In this document: piece by piece, positions 61,663-64,000 of the stretch
Numbering within the stretch: position 1 is the stretch's first letter
Layout: the number at the start of each line of letters is the position of its first letter
Assembly (NCBI GenBank): GCA_944391805.1
Contig: CALXUY010000093.1
Location: 4,688-68,687 of the forward strand
From: an uncultured Clostridia bacterium
GTDB lineage: Bacteria > Bacillota > Clostridia > Oscillospirales > CAG-272
Direction: 5' to 3'
Length of the DNA: 64,000 nucleotides
Notes under the pieces: model-generated
Told to the model about the DNA's origin: nothing
The model's input: only the letters and a program-made list of their open reading frames with translations
Databases searched by the model: none
Program-made: the position numbers and the translations under genes

Positions 61663-64000
61663 TCAGAGCGACCAGCCGCTCATCGGACGGCACTCATAAA
61701 TCCGATCGCTTCTGCTGTCGGTGCCCTCACGGTAGAGCCTGCAGGCCACTGCCATGCGCAGGCGTTCCTGCACTGCGGCACGAACGGTGACGTGCAGCCA
61801 TCCGGTGTCCTCCACCGGCGTCAGCTCAAAGTGGGCGTTTCCGGCGCCGCAGAGCTTACAGAGCAGTGTCTTGCCGTTCTGTGCGAGCAGCAGCGTGCGC
61901 GCACCCGCATATTGTACCGCGGCGCGGGTGTAGGCACTCCACACCACCTCTGCCGGCGCATCGAGTACCAGCTCGTCCTGCACCACGGCAATGGTGCGGT
62001 CGGCCGTGAGCAGAATGCCCCGTTTGCCGCGCAGGATGGCGTCATTCGTGGTGCTCATATCCAGCACGGCATAGGCGCGCTCGGGCGCACTGCGCGCCTC
62101 GAGAATCTGCGCGACCGCGTCCGGGTTCTGATCGGGCAAAGGCATCTCAGTCGGCGCGACGACCAGGGTGTTCTGGCCCTCTGCGCGGCGGCGAAGCATG
62201 AGCGGGAGCCGCTCGTCCCCGCCGGTCTCGGCAAAAAAGCGCTCTCCTCCCATTTCCAAAAGGAAGCTGCCTGCATCCAGCTCGCCCCCCACCTCGTGGT
62301 TGCTGCCGCCGTGCAGGCCGAGGAAGGTGTCCTCCTGTCCCCAGCCCGAGCGGAGCATGGCAAGCCCGGCCTTCCGATAGACCGAGTCGAGCGGAAGCTC
62401 GGGCGTCAGCTCGGGGCTGACGGGCGAATAAAAGACGAGATCCAGCACATCCGGCGTCTTTCTGCCCGAAAGCACTTCCTGCCGGCGGAGCCACGCGGGC
62501 ACTGGGTTGCCGAACTGACGGCTGAACCAGCCGAATATTGCCGTATCCACGGGTAGGGCAGGGCAGCTATGGTAATTCCATGCGCCGTTTGCGGTCTCGG
62601 CCGACACGGCAAACAGCACGGTAGCCGAAAAGCCGGGAGAAGCCGGCAGACCGTAGTCCTTTCCGCAGGCGCTCTGCAGCATGGCAATCAGCAGCACCAG
62701 CGCGCGGGTGCCCTTTTCCCATGCCTCCATGCCCTCGGCATATCCGCCGTCCGGCGAATAGGATTCCATGCAGGCCTGCGCGCTGCGCAGGCTGTGGCGC
62801 AGGATGCGCAGTGCGGTTTCGGGATACACGTCGGCCAGCGCCAGCGCCGCGGCGGTCAGACCGCAGTTGATCTGCGCGGCTTCGGCGCCGCCGCTCCGCC
62901 ACATCCGTCCCCTGCCGTTGTAGGCGTTCACACCCGGCCGCATGACGTAGCGCAGCATTGCGCGCTCCAGCACCGCTTTCCTCGCCTCACTCCACACATG
63001 GTGGCACCAGTCGTAGCCCAGTGCCATGGCAAGCCCCGCGGTGGCGGCATGCAGCATATTGTGCTCGGCATCCCAGTCCGAAAGTGAGGCCAGCGCCTCC
63101 TGCTCGGCAGCGGTGCGCTCGGCATACTGCTTATCGCCGGTCAGACGGTAGAGCGCGGCAAAGCCGCAGATGCGGCCGGCAGCGAGGGCAATGCCATCCC
63201 CCAGCGACTGCCCCTCTCCCGCGCCGTCCGCAAACACCGGCGCGGCGCGGAAGGCCTCCGAGGATGAGCCGTATTGCTCTTTGAGCCCCCGGAGCAGCTC
63301 CTTCGGCTCATTTTCAGCCTTGGCAGCCCGGCGGAGCTGCATCCATTCCTCCGGGGAGAGCAGCAGCCTGCCCTTGTTCGGGTTGGAAATTTTGCGGTGC
63401 AGATCCTCAAGAATCTCCTCGCCCGTAGGCTGCACAAAGGTCATCTCGGCATTGAGCTGCCAGAGAATCGGGTCGTCCCGACCGCTCTCAAACACATTTT
63501 TGCGATTGGAGAGCACAACCACACCGATCGGGTCGGTGTAAAGCTGACGCCAGTGGAAAAACTCACGCAGATAGTTGGCAGGGAAGAACAGTGTTCCCGC
63601 ACGCACGGCGACATGGAACGGCAGGGTTTGCTCCTCACCGTCCACGAGATAGCGGTCGGAATTGCCATAGAATACAAACTTCCGGCGGCGATAGGTGAAG
63701 GAGAGCGTGTAAGCCTTGTTGTCCACTACAGCCTTGTGCGCAATGGCGGCCGCCACCGGAGCCATCGGGAGCCAGAGCAGCCCTCCGGCCTCAAACGGGC
63801 GGGCCTCCGGGTCGGCGTCGGGGGCGATCGGAACCCTGCGGCGGTTGACAATGGCATAGGCTCCGGTCCGCGTAAAGGCAGCCGCCCCCTTCAGCTCGGG
63901 CATACGCACATAGATCTGCGGGGCCGACTCCTCCCAGACAAACAGACTGTCGAGGCAGAGTACGGTTTCGGTGCGGTTGGCCTGCCCGCCGGCCGCGCAG
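61663..64000 (-). CDS. Heparinase II/III-like (alginate-lyase-fold) protein, N-terminus outside window
   Basis: SPDGGYAEGMEAWEKG and HGGSNHEVGGELDAGSFLLEMGGERF motifs. The reading frame stays open upstream of Met 63909 to the window edge. Confidence 0.65.
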   Translation of the reverse strand, partial: CAAGGQANRTETVLCLDSLFVWEESAPQIYVRMPELKGAAAFTRTGAYAIVNRRRVPIAPDADPEARPFEAGGLLWLPMAPVAAAIAHKAVVDNKAYTLSFTYRRRKFVFYGNSDRYLVDGEEQTLPFHVAVRAGTLFFPANYLREFFHWRQLYTDPIGVVVLSNRKNVFESGRDDPILWQLNAEMTFVQPTGEEILEDLHRKISNPNKGRLLLSPEEWMQLRRAAKAENEPKELLRGLKEQYGSSSEAFRAAPVFADGAGEGQSLGDGIALAAGRICGFAALYRLTGDKQYAERTAAEQEALASLSDWDAEHNMLHAATAGLAMALGYDWCHHVWSEARKAVLERAMLRYVMRPGVNAYNGRGRMWRSGGAEAAQINCGLTAAALALADVYPETALRILRHSLRSAQACMESYSPDGGYAEGMEAWEKGTRALVLLIAMLQSACGKDYGLPASPGFSATVLFAVSAETANGAWNYHSCPALPVDTAIFGWFSRQFGNPVPAWLRRQEVLSGRKTPDVLDLVFYSPVSPELTPELPLDSVYRKAGLAMLRSGWGQEDTFLGLHGGSNHEVGGELDAGSFLLEMGGERFFAETGGDERLPLMLRRRAEGQNTLVVAPTEMPLPDQNPDAVAQILEARSAPERAYAVLDMSTTNDAILRGKRGILLTADRTIAVVQDELVLDAPAEVVWSAYTRAAVQYAGARTLLLAQNGKTLLCKLCGAGNAHFELTPVEDTGWLHVTVRAAVQERLRMAVACRLYREGTDSRSDRIYECRPMSGWSL

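Overview
This is a 64-kb window of a high-GC, Clostridia-like chromosome. That assignment is an inference from gene content: an rnfCDGEAB operon, a GerA-type germination protein, an ECF sigma operon, and strong Shine-Dalgarno (SD) sites with many ATGA/GTGA coupled starts. No rRNA, tRNA or CRISPR array was seen.

Gene layout:
- 1-4.4 kb: rnf operon.
- 4.7-8.1 kb: a visibly AT-richer islet with two convergent genes, one unknown and one an HExxH membrane peptidase.
- 8.2-13.7 kb: housekeeping genes (cytidylate-kinase-like, DUF1294, ABC-2 exporter, queA, dapA).
- 13.95-22.63 kb: a compact, intact-looking phage head and DNA-packaging module (terS, terL, a 573-aa ORF, portal, scaffold, P22-type coat, a 130-aa ORF). 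No tail, lysis, integrase, repressor or replication genes lie next to it.
- 23-25.7 kb: ECF sigma, anti-sigma and vWA lipoprotein operon.
- 26.1-27.2 kb: Fe-S aldo/keto reductase.
- 27.9-33.1 kb and 42.7-50.4 kb: two partly paralogous secreted/lipoprotein cassettes. Each has an orphan SBP-like lipoprotein and an EEP-domain lipoprotein. One or the other also carries a beta-helix protein, a clan GH-A glycosidase, a CBM9-like anchored protein and a ceramidase-like protein.
- 33.3-42.3 kb: flavodoxin, ACT+UPF0210 pair, transglutaminase-like lipoprotein, MATE, DUF4349 and an MBL hydrolase.
- 50.7-58.7 kb: a DeoR-controlled sugar locus (glycerate kinase, FGGY kinase, fucose-isomerase-like, TIM-family, SIS, YjbQ, FSA/transaldolase).
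- 58.9-64 kb: an orphan GerA-family gene, an S1-domain protein and a partial heparinase II/III-like gene.

Most noteworthy observations:
1. The tail-less head/packaging module, whose terminase carries an in-frame 4 x 66-bp tandem-repeat extension.
2. A ~160-nt two-hairpin intergenic repeat family. Three copies were found, and their stems differ by compensatory changes.
3. The duplicated lipoprotein cassettes, which share a repeated N-terminal module fused to different hydrolase domains.
4. A 40-codon micro-ORF with a strong SD, packed into one cassette.
5. The atypical sugar-phosphate isomerase-rich catabolic locus.

All calls come from reading the sequence and ORF translations. No database search or computation was run.
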